In this document: positions 30,677 through 42,174 of the stretch, piece by piece
Layout: each line of letters starts with the position of its first letter
How positions within the stretch are numbered: position 1 is the first letter of the stretch
From: the human T2T-CHM13v2.0 reference genome, Homo sapiens
Reading direction: 5' to 3' (one strand)
DNA length: 64,000 bases
Assembly: GCF_009914755.1 (NCBI RefSeq)
Contig: NC_060929.1
Notes under the pieces: model-generated
Seen by the model: the letters and a program-made list of their open reading frames with translations, nothing else
What the model was told of the DNA's origin: nothing
Databases searched by the model: none
Translations under genes and position numbers: made by a program

Positions 30677-31059
30677 TTAGGTTGGTGCAAAAGTAATTGC
30701 AGGTTTGCCATTAAAAGTAATGGCAGGCCGGGCACAATGGCTCACACCTGTAATGCCAGCACCTTGGGAGGCCACGGCAGGCGGATCACTTGAGGTCAGG
30801 AATTCAAGACCAGCCTGGCCAACATGGTGAAACCCCATCTCTACTAAAAATACAAAAATTAGCCTGGCATCATGGCACATACCTGTAATCCCAGCTACTC
30901 AGGAGGCAGAGGCCAGGAGAATCGCTTGAACCTGGGAGGCAGAGGTTGCAGTGAGCCGAGATCATACACTGCACTCCAGCCTGGGTGACAGGGCGAGACT
31001 ACATCTCAAAAAAAAGGAAAAGTAATGGCAAAAACCGCAATTACTTTTGCACCAATGTA
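30677..31059. mobile_element. MADE1 (Hsmar1 mariner MITE) split by an Alu
   Basis: ttaggttggtgcaaaagtaattgcaggtttgccattaaaagtaatggca [Alu] aaaagtaatggcaaaaaccgcaattacttttgcaccaa. Confidence 0.93.
30726..31017 (+). mobile_element. AluS
   Basis: Alu body; TSD aaaagtaatggca at 30713-30725 and 31018-31030. Confidence 0.97.
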
Positions 31060-32521
31060 GCTTCTAAGACAACAAGGAGGACTGTAAAGCTGTTTTAAAT
31101 CATTTGTCGGTTTATCTATTTTATGCCCAAATTACTATAGCACCATTCTCTCTGGGGTGAGGCAGGGGAGGGTGGAATAAGGGAGCAGAGTGGAGAATGG
31201 GCACAGAAATGGCGGGTGAGGGAATGGAAGGGTCTGCCCTGTTCTAAGTACTGTGGTGTACCCATGCCATGCCTATCATGTAGGCTCTCATAGCAGCTCT
31301 CTATGTGACTTCCTGGAGAACAGAACTGTATCACACTCATTCTACAGCCCCAGCCTGTTAGGTTCCAGGTAAATGCTTTTCAGCTGGATTGAGCTGACTG
31401 GGGGCAGCCTGAGGTAGTCTGGTTGTTCCCAGGTTTCCCTCCCCGGCTAGCTTCCTCCTGGCCGTCTCCTGGGCCTGTGTTTTGGTTTAGGGCCCTTTGC
31501 CAGCTCCAGTTCAGCCTAGGCTTAACCCCTTCCCATCTTCTTCTTACCTTCATCCTCCACATGCCATTGTATATTTTGTCTTCCCAAACCTGAGGAGAAT
31601 CTCACCTTTATCCTCTCCAACCAGTGCACTCCCTTCTTTCCCAGGTGGCAGGAGCATTTCAGATAGTTTTGGATTTCCATCCACCATTTTGGATTTCCCA
31701 GACCATTTAAATTTCAAAAGACAGATTTGTGAAGCAATGATTTGGCAGCTTAATAAAAACACCAAAAATTGTCATCTCATACTTTGATATGAGAAAGAAC
31801 ATTTAACAACAACAACAAAATCCCCCCAAAATACGAAGCACAGGTTTTCAGAATGAAGTTGGAAGGATGCTTTCCATGAGAGCCCAGTTGGTAAATACAT
31901 AATTTTTCTTATTTTTTTGTTCCATTGTGCTGCAGATTGGTCGAAATTTTGCCAAAGATCATCGTTGAGAACCATTGGTCTATGTGACTTTAAGAGTAGA
32001 AATTTGAGGCCAGACGAAGCCATGGTTGGAAGGGAGAAGTATTGGGGGCCATAGTGGGCCGCATGTAGACATCCGCCAGCATTATCTGAGCATCTGTTAA
32101 CAATATCCACTGAATCTTCCACAGTGCCCAGCACACAGCTGGTGCTTCATAAATAAATGTGGCCTGAACTGCATCACATTTATTAAGATCAAGATGAAAC
32201 AAACCACTGCTTACCATCAATATTTTTAATACACTATATAATTATCCCCCCTTCATTTTTATCCAAGTAAAATAGTATCTAGCACATTGGAAATCATTGT
32301 TTGGATATGTTACAGCCTGAAGACAAGTATAGTTTCATTAGGACTGGCTGTTGGTGCAAAACCGTGAATGATAATGTGGCATTTTGGCAAGTTCAGCTCA
32401 GAAACCTATAACATTTTGAGGCATAGAAAAAACAATAAGTTCTTAACCATGTGTTCTTTATTTGAATCTGGTAACTTCCCCTCTAGATTCTTTAAAATCA
32501 TACATAGCCACTCTAGCACTT

Positions 32522-32898
32522 TGATATGGTTTGGCTCTGTGCCCCCACCCAAATCTCATCTCATATTGTAATCTCCACATATCAATGGAGGAACATATAA
32601 TCCCCATGTGTCAAGGAAGGAAGATGATTAGATCATGGGGGTGGTTTCCCCCATGCTGTTCTCATGATAGTGAGTTCTCAGGAGATCCAATGGTTTTATA
32701 AGTGTTTGGAAGTTCTTCCTTCACTCTTCTCTTTCTTGCTGCCTTGTGAAGAAGATGCCTGTTTCCCCTTCTACCATGATTGTAAGTTTCCTGAGGCCTC
32801 CCCAGCCAGGCAGAACTATGAGTCAATTAGACCCCCTTTTCTTCATAAATTACCCAGTCTCGGGCAGTTATTTATAGCAGTGTGAAAATGGACTAACC
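32522..32898 (+). mobile_element. THE1D-like solo LTR
   Basis: tgatatggtttggctctgtgcccccacccaaatctcatct...gattgtaagtttcctgaggcctccccagcc...tatagcagtgtgaaaatggactaa. Confidence 0.92.
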
Positions 32899-33159
32899 CT
32901 TTTTAATTTAACCCCACTGATAAGACATAATTGTTCAAAGTGGAAAAGAAAAAAAATCACTCTCTGTTATTTAACGCAAATGAACAAATTGGAAAAATTA
33001 CCTATTTCCTCCTCAGAAAATCTACATCTCTTATTTTTATCATCCTTGGTTCTTGTTTTATATCATTTACTTTTGATTCAGAAAATGCCGGTCTAAATTC
33101 ACTTTCTTAGCTTAAGTTACTAAACCCTTGTTCTTGTATTTGACGCTAACTCAAATAGT

Positions 33160-33470
33160 CTTGAAACAATTATCCTCTCGACTCCCTTCAGAATTGTCTA
33201 TACTTTGATGAGTTCCCACTTAATCTCTCCTTTGCCAAAGAATAACACGCTGAATAACTAAGATCCTTAAATCCCCGTGTGGTTCTTGTTGCCCTCTGCT
33301 GTGCCTTCTCCATTTCTAGAATATCCTTTTACAGTAAGGTGACTGGAACTGTGCATAGTATTCCAAATGTGGCCTCACCAACCCTTACAGATAACAGGGA
33401 TAATTCTCTGGATTTATATTCAATCCTTCTTAAGCATTTCTAAATGGGAGTGTTTATACTGTCTTTATTG
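33160..33470 (-). mobile_element. CR1/L3-clade LINE ORF2 C-terminal fossil
   Basis: Minus-strand translation with frameshifts: EYKSRE...LVRPHLEYYAQFQSPYCK/DILEMEKAQQRATRT, matching the CR1 pattern LVRPHLEYCVQFWSP..KKDI..LE.VQRRATK. Confidence 0.85.
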
Positions 33471-33932
33471 CTTTCAAACTCTGAAAGTTTAAAATGTTAG
33501 GTTTTCCTCTCCTTCCCTTTTATTCATCCAAATTTCTAGTTTCCAAACACACTGAGAAATCCTGGACCATTTTGGCAGCTAAACATACATTTTTTTTTTC
33601 AAGGATTCTGGAGTGTAAAGTGTATTTAGTCAGGTTCACTTTAAAGAGCAGGTGCAGGCAATTCTGGCTGTTTCTTCAGAAGCCCAATAACTAAAAGGAG
33701 ATCTATCCTTCGGGAGATTAACAATGGATTTGTTTTACAGGGACCCTATCACTTACTCTTCCCTAGAACTTCCTTCAGAGCAGAAGGGGAGTTTTCAGCT
33801 GAGGAGGAGAAACAGCAGAAGCTACTCAAAGATGCATTCTTGAAAAGAAAGTTTGGTGAATTGGGTCTTTGGAAAAATCTCTAGGACCCAAAGAATGCAG
33901 ATGTTTCAAATAGCTTTGCATCTAATCTGAAA

Positions 33933-33997
33933 CATGCACACCTGGGCACATGTGTGCACACATGCTCACATGCGCGCGCGTGCACACACACACACAC
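33933..33997. repeat. Alternating purine-pyrimidine tract, (CG)n(CA)n
   Basis: catgcgcgcgcgtgcacacacacacacac. Confidence 0.9.
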
Positions 33998-34024
33998 CTT
34001 TTATATCCCAGCTATTCGATGTAA

Positions 34025-34540
34025 AACATAATCCCAGCCTTCTTGGGGCTTCAGTGTAGTGGGGGAGACAAACTTTAATAAAATGAACATCTAAAGGAGT
34101 ATATAATTACAAACTGAAATTAGCTTTTAGAGAAGGCTTATTCGATCTGGTGCCAGGGGGAGAGGGTGTCAGGAAAGCTGTTTTCTAATGGAAGGAAGCG
34201 TTGCTTGAACTGAAATGAAAGGAAGGAGTAGAAGTTATCTAGCTAGCTTGGAGATGAGTGAGGACTGGGCAGAGTGAACCACATGTCCGAAGGCCCTGTG
34301 GCTTTTAGGGGGAAATGAAACAATGCCGACATGGTTGGAGTGCAGAGTGAAGGAGATTGATATGAAAATAGTTGGGGGTAAGCAGGGCTAGACTATGCAG
34401 GCTCACAGTAAGGATTTTCATTGTTTCCCTATGAACAATGAGAAATCACTGAAGGATCAAAATCAGGGGAGTGTTCTGAAAGCATATTTGTGTTTTGAAA
34501 AGTTCTTCCTAACTGGTGTATGGAGAATGGATCAGAAGAT
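34025..34540 (-). mobile_element. L2
   Basis: gtagtgggggagacaaac...gtcaggaaagct...gaaggccctgtgg...gtaaggattttca...gtatggagaatggatcaga. Confidence 0.8.
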
Positions 34541-34544
34541 GTGG

Positions 34545-35021
34545 CAGAAACCTGGGATTTAAAGCAACACATTTACTGAACCCACCTGACTTCGGCACAG
34601 CTACTGTGGACAGTTACATGCACCTTGGCTGGAGTCCCACATTGAGCATGTGCAGCAGGGTGCCTATGCTCTGTCTTCTCCTGAGCTGCAGAAGGATTCC
34701 CATCTGTAAGAAAGCATAGCCCAGCAATGCAGAGGAGTTAATGCCCCTACCACCAATCTCAATCAATGAGGATGAGGATGAGTGAGTGATAGGTGCTCCA
34801 ATCTCCCTACCCTCCAGTGTGACAATTCTGAGGATCCCCAGTGGGACTGGGCCCCAGCTGCCCACTGTAGTAAGCAACATATCTGCAAACATTTGTTGGC
34901 TTTCTTCCTGCACTGTCTCACTTTCTCTTCTACTTTACTTTTGCTTCATGTGATCACCTCCTAAATCAACTGCATCCAAGCCCTTATCTTAGGTCTGCTT
35001 TTGGGGAAATCTAGACTAAGA
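34545..35021 (+). mobile_element. LTR16-family (ERVL) solo LTR
   Basis: gacaattctgaggatccccagtgggactgggccccagctgccca...ggtctgcttttggggaaatctagactaagaca. Confidence 0.75.
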
Positions 35022-35554
35022 CAGAGAGTGCTAACTGGGTGGAACTGCGATTTTAAAGAGCCAGCTGTGAATCTATTCATAAAATGAAGACCCAAACAAA
35101 ATTTACATCACTTTACATGATGTTCCAGTAATCTACTGCTGTGTAATAAATCACCCCAAAACAAAGTGGTTTTAAACAACAATTATTTTGCTATTATGTT
35201 CTCTCACAGATCTAGTGGCTGACTGGGCTCAGCTAGGCAGTTTGTGCTGGGACTCACTCACCTGATTGCAGATACAAGTAGCCATAGGACAGATCATGTC
35301 TAAGGCTTCCTGACTTACACGTCTGGAATTTGATGTTGGCTGACAGCTGAGACTTCTGCCTAGGCTGTCAGCTAAGATATCTATACATGGCTTCTCCATG
35401 TGGCCTGGGCCTTCTCACAGGATGATGACTGGGTTCCTAGAGCAAGCATCCCAAAAGAGAGTACCAAGAAGAAGGTGTGCTGTCTTTTCTAACCTAGCCG
35501 CGGAAGTCACACAGCACCATTTATGTTGCATCTGTTCATTTAAGTGAGTCACTG

Positions 35555-35818
35555 GGCCAATCATGGTGGCTCATGCCTGTAATCCCAGCACTTTGGGTCA
35601 AAACCAGCCTGGCCAATATGGTGAAACCCTGTCTCTACTAAAAAAATACAAAAATTAGCTGGGTGTGGTGGCACACACCTGTAGTCCCAGATACTTGAGA
35701 GGCTGAGGCAGGGAATTGCTTGAAACTGGGAGGCAGAGGTTGCACTGAGCCAAGATTGTGCCACTGCACTCCAGCCAGGGTGAGAGAGCAAGACTCCATC
35801 TCAATAAATAAATAAATA
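35555..35818 (+). mobile_element. AluS with an internal deletion in the left arm
   Basis: cagcactttggg joined directly to tcaaaaccagcctggcc. Confidence 0.93.
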
Positions 35819-35829
35819 AAATGAGACAC

Positions 35830-36220
35830 TAATATAGTTTGGATGTGTGTGTCTCCTCCAAATCTCATGTTGAAATATGGTCCCCAATGTAGGAGGTGGG
35901 GCCTGGTGGGAGGTGTTTGGGTCATGGGAACAGATCCCTCATGAATGGCTTGGTTCCCTCCCCATGGTAATGAGTTATCACAAGATCTGGTTTTTAAAAA
36001 GATTCTGAGACCTTCCCCCTCACCGTGCTCCCTGTCTTGTCATATGACCTGCCTGATCCCCCTTCACCTTATACCACGAGTAAGAGATTCTTGAGAAGCT
36101 GAGCAGATACTGGTGCCATGCTTGTATAGCCTGCAGAATTGTGAGCCAAATAAACTCTTTTCTTTATAAATTACCCAGCCTCGGGTACTTCTTTATAGCA
36201 ACACAAAATGGACTAACACA
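35830..36220 (+). mobile_element. MSTB-like solo LTR
   Basis: atatagtttggatgtg...aaatctcatgttgaaat...tttatagcaacacaaaatggactaacaca; TSD gacac/gtcac. Confidence 0.9.
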
Positions 36221-37410
36221 GTCACTAAGGCCAACCCATATTTAAGAGGAGGAAAATGAGACTCTATCTGTTGATAGAAGTGTTGAAGAATTTGACATGG
36301 TAACATGCTTTTGGAGGACTCTGGAAATGAATTCCTAGCCTGATTTCATTTCCATTGTCAAGACACTGGAAAGAGAGAACATAGCTTTTTGCAGAATGCT
36401 TCTGTGAGGGTCTTACCTTTACCCACCACGTCAAGCTACCTGACTGAATCTGTCTCCCCAAATCACTCCTGCTCACTGTGGGGGAGATTCCTACCTTGGT
36501 ACTAAAGCAGTAAGGAGGAAGAAAAAAACTGGGACTGTTAGAACATCCAAGAGTCAGGGGTACCAGGGAAAGCAGCCAACTCCTTCCCCCTATAGACGCG
36601 GCCTTAATCTAGAAAGAACAAGAAAAAATATATTAATGACATATTCAAGCTTTTTAAATCGAACTTAGAAATAGCGAGGTTAATGATTTATTTTCCAATA
36701 GGAAAATTCTCTTTATATTGACTATTTTGCCCTCACAAATGTCAAGCCATTTATTCTATTGTTGAGGTGCCCATATTTTCAATGGAAGTATTTCCTTTTA
36801 AATGTTAAGATATATCAACCCTGAAATCAATTCATTTTTCTCCGTGTGCTAAAAATTAGAATATCACAGCAGGGCACAGGCTAATTGATGTTAACAGGGA
36901 TCAGTGAAAAAAAGGAGACCCAAAGTCTTCTATCTGATTTTCCTTTTAAGGCCCACAATTGGATAATAGTAGCTATTTTTGAACTCATCTGTGCTCATTG
37001 ATCTAACTTGTCAGAAATCAATCAATAATCAATCAATTTGTTCTCTGAACTAAGCAGTGAATTTGGGAACATTCAATTGAAATCATAGCACCAGCATAGT
37101 GACCCCACTCCAGCCACTTATCCTTAGTTAAACCACTTCTCAGATTTTTCATCTATCAAAATGGCACTACTGATTTTGCCATCACAAAAATAAGTTGATT
37201 AACAAAGTGTAACCCCTAATGTCTAATTATTTTCTCCAGAGACTCTGTGCCTATAATTCCAGAAGCAGCTAAGAGAGAGAAAGGTAGTGTAGTTACAACA
37301 TGTAGATTTACTGAGTGTGAACACTTGATGTCTCAGGTATAATATAGGCAGTTGTGTCATTTCCATTTTTAAAACTCTATTTGTTATTTAAAATGATATG
37401 ACTTTGTTAA

Positions 37411-37953
37411 TATTCTGGTTACCTATTACTGTGTAACAAACCACTCCAAAATTTAGTGGCTCAAAACAGTACTTTATTAGTAGTATTATATACACCATTA
37501 TTCTGTGGATCAATAATGCAAACCGGACCAGTATGGGTAGCTCATCTCTGCCTTATGATGCCTCGGACCACAGCTGGAATAACTTGGAGCTGAAAAGCTG
37601 TAGCTCTCTGTGTCTCTGTCTCTCTCTTCTTCCCTCCCTCCTTCAAGATAAAAGCCCGAATCTATTTCTGCCCATAGCCTCTCCACATGACTGGTTTGGG
37701 TTTGCTCACAGCATGGAAGCCTCCAGGTAGATATATTTCTTACATGGCAACTGAGGACACCAAGAACTTGTTCCCATAAACAGAAACAAGAAGGTGTAAG
37801 ACTTTTAAGACGTTGGGCCCAAGAGGCACAGTATTACTTCTACTGTATTCTACTGGTCAAAAAAGAGTCTACTTAGATTCAAGAGAAGGAATATAGATAC
37901 CATGACTCAATAGGAGGAGTTTTGAAGACCCTGAGGCATCTTTAACTCACCAC
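37411..37953 (-). mobile_element. MLT1 (MLT1H-like) LTR
   Basis: tattactgtgtaacaaaccactccaaaatttagtggctcaaaaca...tattctactggtcaaa...agattcaagagaaggaatataga...caccaca. Confidence 0.8.
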
Positions 37954-38024
37954 AGTTAATTATATCCTGGCATGCCTCTACGATGTAGCAGACACTCTGG
38001 TTTCTGATGATGGAAGAGAAGCCC

Positions 38025-38415
38025 TGCTATTGTTTGAATATTTGTCCCCCCCCCACCCCCACAAACCTCATGTTGAAATTTGATCCTGATGCTGGAGGTG
38101 GGGCCTAATGAAAGGTGTTTGGGTCATGGGGGTGGATCCCTCATGAATGGCTTGGTGCCCTCCTGGTGATAGTGAGCGAGTTCTTCCTCATTTAGTTCCC
38201 ACAAAAGCTGGTTGTTTAAAAGAGTCCCACACCTGCCCTCGATTCCTCTCCCACCGTGTGGTCTCTGCGCATATGCCAACTCCGCTTCACCTTCTGCCCT
38301 CACCAGATGCCCAGTCTTCCAGTCTGAAGAATCGTGAACCAAACCAACCTTTTTTTCCTTATGAATTACCCAGTTTCAGATTTTCCTTTATAGCAACATA
38401 AAATGGACTAAGACA
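38025..38415 (+). mobile_element. MSTB-like solo LTR
   Basis: tgctattgtttgaatatttgtccccc...ggtggatccctcatgaatggcttggtgcc...atggactaagaca; TSD agccc/agcac. Confidence 0.9.
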
Positions 38416-39717
38416 AGCACTTATTGGACCAACTCTCCCAAAGGTAACGATATAAATACTGGACAAAACATAAATAAATACCTGAAAGTACTGAAGATCA
38501 GCCAAAAGCAGATACTAGAGGAGAGTCAATACTTGGACAGGGGAATGGCACTAGTTTAAAATTTTCACTTTTATGGCTTTTTACCTCAAGGCAGGCCCTA
38601 ATCTATCCCAAGCAGGCTAGCTAACACTAGGATAGAAAGTCTTAAGTCTTACTGGCTTGAAGAATAAGAAAAAATAGTTCAGAGCAGCCACAGTAGCCTA
38701 AAAGTGAAGGTGGGATGCCCCAAAAGAGAGCAAGCAAGAGAAAGAGACAGTCTCAAATTCTGCATATGAACTCTGCCCAAATCTCTAGCTGACCACTGAA
38801 CTATTCAAATATAGGACAGACTCCAAGCAGCCCAGGTAAGACAAAAGTGTTAAGTGAGATTTCACCTTCTTTTTAGTGAAATTAGCTGACTGCTTTTATT
38901 TTTTTAAAGCAACAACTTTCAGAAGGACAAAACAGAATCCAGAGTATTAGCAATGTATCATTCAATGTTCCGGATACGATCCAGATATATAAACGTGTTA
39001 GAAAATGTGACCTAGACTCAAGAGAAAGTGAAATCAATTGCAGTCGTGACCCACATATTGAAATTAGCATAGAAGGAGTTTAAAACAGCTGTTTTAACTA
39101 TGCTTAAGGGCATAAAAGAAAATATGCTTTTAATGAATGAAAAAATAGGAAATCTCAGCAGAAAAATGAAAACTATAAAAATAAAATGGAAACTTAATGA
39201 AAAACAAAATATCTAAAACAAAAATTTGAGTGGGCTTAATATAAAAAGAATAGAAGTGACAAAGGAAAGTGTCAGTAAGCTTGAAGATTCATCAAAAGAA
39301 ATTATTCATTCTGAAGAACAGAGAGAAAAAAACTGAAAAATTTGAACAAAACTTCAGAGATCTGTGGAATGATATCAGAAAGTGTAACGCATGTAAAATT
39401 TGAGTCTCAAGAATTAAAGAGAGCGGAAGTATGGGTGGGGGGAGTCTTTGAAGAAATAACGACAAAATTTTCCAAAATCTGGTTAAAGAAACAAATCTAA
39501 AGATTCAAGAAGCTAAGCAAACCACAAGAAGAGTACATGCAAAGAAAATCACATCTATGTACATACATCATACTCAAACTGCTGAGAACAAAGAAAAGGG
39601 GAAAATCTTGAAAGCAGCTAGAGAAAAACAACAGATTACCTACAAAAATCAAAAACAAAAAAACAAAAAACCCAGTAAGAATTAAAGCTGCCTTCTTGTC
39701 AGAAACAACAGAGACCA

Positions 39718-40018
39718 GTCAGGTGTGGTGTCTCATGCCTGTAATCCTAGCACTCTTGGAGGCCAAGGCAGGTGGATTACTTGAGGCCAGGAGTTCAAGA
39801 CCAGCCTGGCCAACATAGTGAAACCCTGTCTCTACCAAAAATATAAAAATTAGCTTGGTATTGTGGCAAACACTTGTAGTTCCAGCTATTCAGGAGCCTG
39901 AGGCAGGAAAATTGCTCGAACCCAGGAGATGGAGGTTGCAGTGAGCTGAGACTGCATACACTGCACTCCAGCCTGGGCAACAGGGTGAGACTCCATCTCA
40001 AAAAAAGAAAAAAGAAAA
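39718..40018 (+). mobile_element. Alu (old S/J type)
   Basis: Alu body; TSD agaaacaacagagacca. Confidence 0.96.
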
Positions 40019-40056
40019 GAAACAACAGAGACCAAAAGAAATCTTTAAAGTGGTGA

Positions 40057-40278
40057 AGCCACAGTGGCTCACCTCTGTAGTATCAGCAATTTGGGAGGCC
40101 AAGGCAGCCAGATTGCCTGAGCATAGGAGTTCAAGACCAGCCTGGGCAACATGGCAAAACCTCGTCTCCACAAAAAAAGTCCAAAAATTAGCTGGATGTG
40201 GTGGCAGAGGTTGCATTGAGCCAACACTGTACCACTGCACTCCAGCCTGGGCAATGAAGTGAGACTCTGTCTCAAAAA

Positions 40279-40325
<47 letters not shown>
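40057..40325 (+). mobile_element. AluJ with right-arm deletion and (AAAT)n tail
   Basis: gtggtggc joined to agaggttgcattgagcc; long AAAT-repeat tail; TSD aaagtggtgaa/aaggtggttaa. Confidence 0.92.
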
Positions 40326-41109
40326 AGGTGGTTAAAGAAAAACACCACTGTTACTGCAGAATTTTATATCCAGCAAAAATACCCTTCAAGAATGAAGACA
40401 AAATAAAGGGGTTTTCAAATAAACACAATGGAACACTAAGAAATGCAATACCTTATAAAATATAATATCTTGTTAATTGCAACTGAACTGATTAACAGTG
40501 TTTATTTAAGATATAAACTTACTTTGCTCTTTTAATATTCCCAACTTTTCTGCTACTTCATTTCACTTCAGCTGCTTTAATCTGTGCACAATTTTGCCAC
40601 TTGCCTAACCCCACTTCTGCCTCTCTTCTCCTCCTATGTACCAAAGAATATTGAAAGTTGACTGATGGAACAGTAATAAAAAACTGTTATTTTGAGCAAG
40701 TACTCTTCCAGAATGCTTTCATGGCTATTTCTTATCAATAATTGGGGATGGTATTATCAGGAAAAAAATTACAGAAAATAAACCGAGAGAAACTAATTAC
40801 CAATCATCTGTCCAGAGTCGTACAGCTAGAAGTGCTAGAATCAGGTCCAAGTAGTGGTTCTTGATCTGTTTGAATAATATTATACGGACGCTTACATATA
40901 GCTTGAAAATGGACTAAGACCTTACGGACCTCTTCTAAGATCTTACACTACACTTAGTGTGAGATCTTAGTATGTGCTTTATGAATGCCATTACCTATGA
41001 TTGGAGACAGAGAACCTATAATGTAAAGACTTAGCTACACTATTTGAGTAGCTAAGTCACTTTTCATTGTAAAGGCAAACTTTCAGTTTAGCACCCTGGT
41101 AGCATCCGT

Positions 41110-41550
41110 TAATTGCTGTTCACTGCCCGCCCTCTCCCACACCCTACACCCTCTTTCCTTTAGCAATAAGGAGCACCCTCAACAGCCCCCAAACACAATA
41201 TTGACTGCTGCTTTAGCTGGGCTCATAGCTGCTCAACTAGAGACTGTATTTCCCAGCCTCCCTTGAAGCTAGGTATGGCAACATGACCAAGTTTGGGCAA
41301 ATCCAAACTATGAGTAGACATGGGTATGACCAGGTTCAACTTCTGGTCAAATTCATAAAGAAAAACACACTTGCCTTAGACTCTCTATCTTCCCTTTCCT
41401 GAGGGCTGGAAAATGGAAATATGAGCCTCTGCTTTGGACCTGGAGATGGGAGCCACATGTTAAAAGGCAGCAGAGCCCACTTGTCTACCAGTCCCCAAAG
41501 AGCACAGCCACCTTGCCAGCCCTGGATGGCTCACTTCAGCTCTGGGCATA
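41110..41550 (+). mobile_element. MLT1-family LTR fragment
   Basis: gactgtatttcccagcctcccttgaagctaggtatggcaacatgaccaag...gccaccttgccagccctgga. Confidence 0.72.
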
Positions 41551-41569
41551 GAATACTCTTATAACAACT

Positions 41570-41722
41570 GGGGAAAGAAAGAAAGAAGGAAGGGAAGGGA
41601 AGAGAAGAGAAGGGAAGGGAAGAGAAGGGAAGGGAAGGGAAAGAAAGCAAGCGAGAAAGAAAGAAGAAAGAAAGAAAGCGGGGGGAGGGAGGGAGGAAAG
41701 GAGGGAAGGAGAGAAGGAAGGC
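41570..41722. repeat. Polypurine (GAAA/GGAAG/GGGA)n tract
   Basis: ~150 nt almost purely A/G. Confidence 0.95.
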
Positions 41723-41764
41723 TAAAGACATGTATTGTACACCTGTATGTATGACCATCTATCC

Positions 41765-41900
41765 CTCTGTGACTTTGGGATTCCACTTAATTTCTCTATG
41801 CTTCTGCTTTTCCATCTGTAAGATGGCTGATCCTTTACTTCTTCATAGGGCTTGCCTGAGAATGGAGTAAGATGTTGTGTATAAACATTAGCATTGCACT
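41765..41900 (+). mobile_element. MIR
   Basis: tgtgactttgggattccacttaatttctctatgcttctgcttttccatctgtaagatgg...catagggcttgcctgagaat. Confidence 0.7.
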
Positions 41901-42174
41901 TGGTTGGCAGAAAGCAAGAGCCCAATACACATTGCATTATTGTGTCACTGGGCTAGACGCTATGGAATATTTGAATACAGACAAAGTCTTTCCCTTTAAG
42001 TACTAAGTGCCCTCACATTGTGAAGACAGTATCTGCTTCATGAATGCCATCGACCTCTGAGTGGAGACGGAGAACCTATTGCTTCTAGGACAGAAGGTAA
42101 TGATGGCGTAGGCTGTGTTTTAATCTTCACTTGACAACCCTTCTTTCTCAGCATTCTCAACTTACCTGTCTTAA

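Larger units (their letters stand above)
35121..36300 (-). mobile_element. MLT1 (MLT1F-like) LTR, interrupted by an Alu and an MST LTR
   Basis: tgttccagtaatctactgctgtgtaataaatcaccccaaaac...ggaagtcacacagcacc...gagtcact [inserts] gtcactaaggccaacccatatttaagaggagg. Confidence 0.82.
37995..40440 (+). mobile_element. Old L1M (L1ME/L1M4-type) 5' region and decayed ORF1, interrupted by an MST LTR and two Alus
   Basis: ORF1-like segments ctgaagaacagagagaaaaa, cttcagagatctgtggaatgatatca, tttgaagaaataa, gaaaatcttgaaagcagctagagaaaaa, agaattttatatccagcaaaaatacccttcaagaatgaag. Confidence 0.85.
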
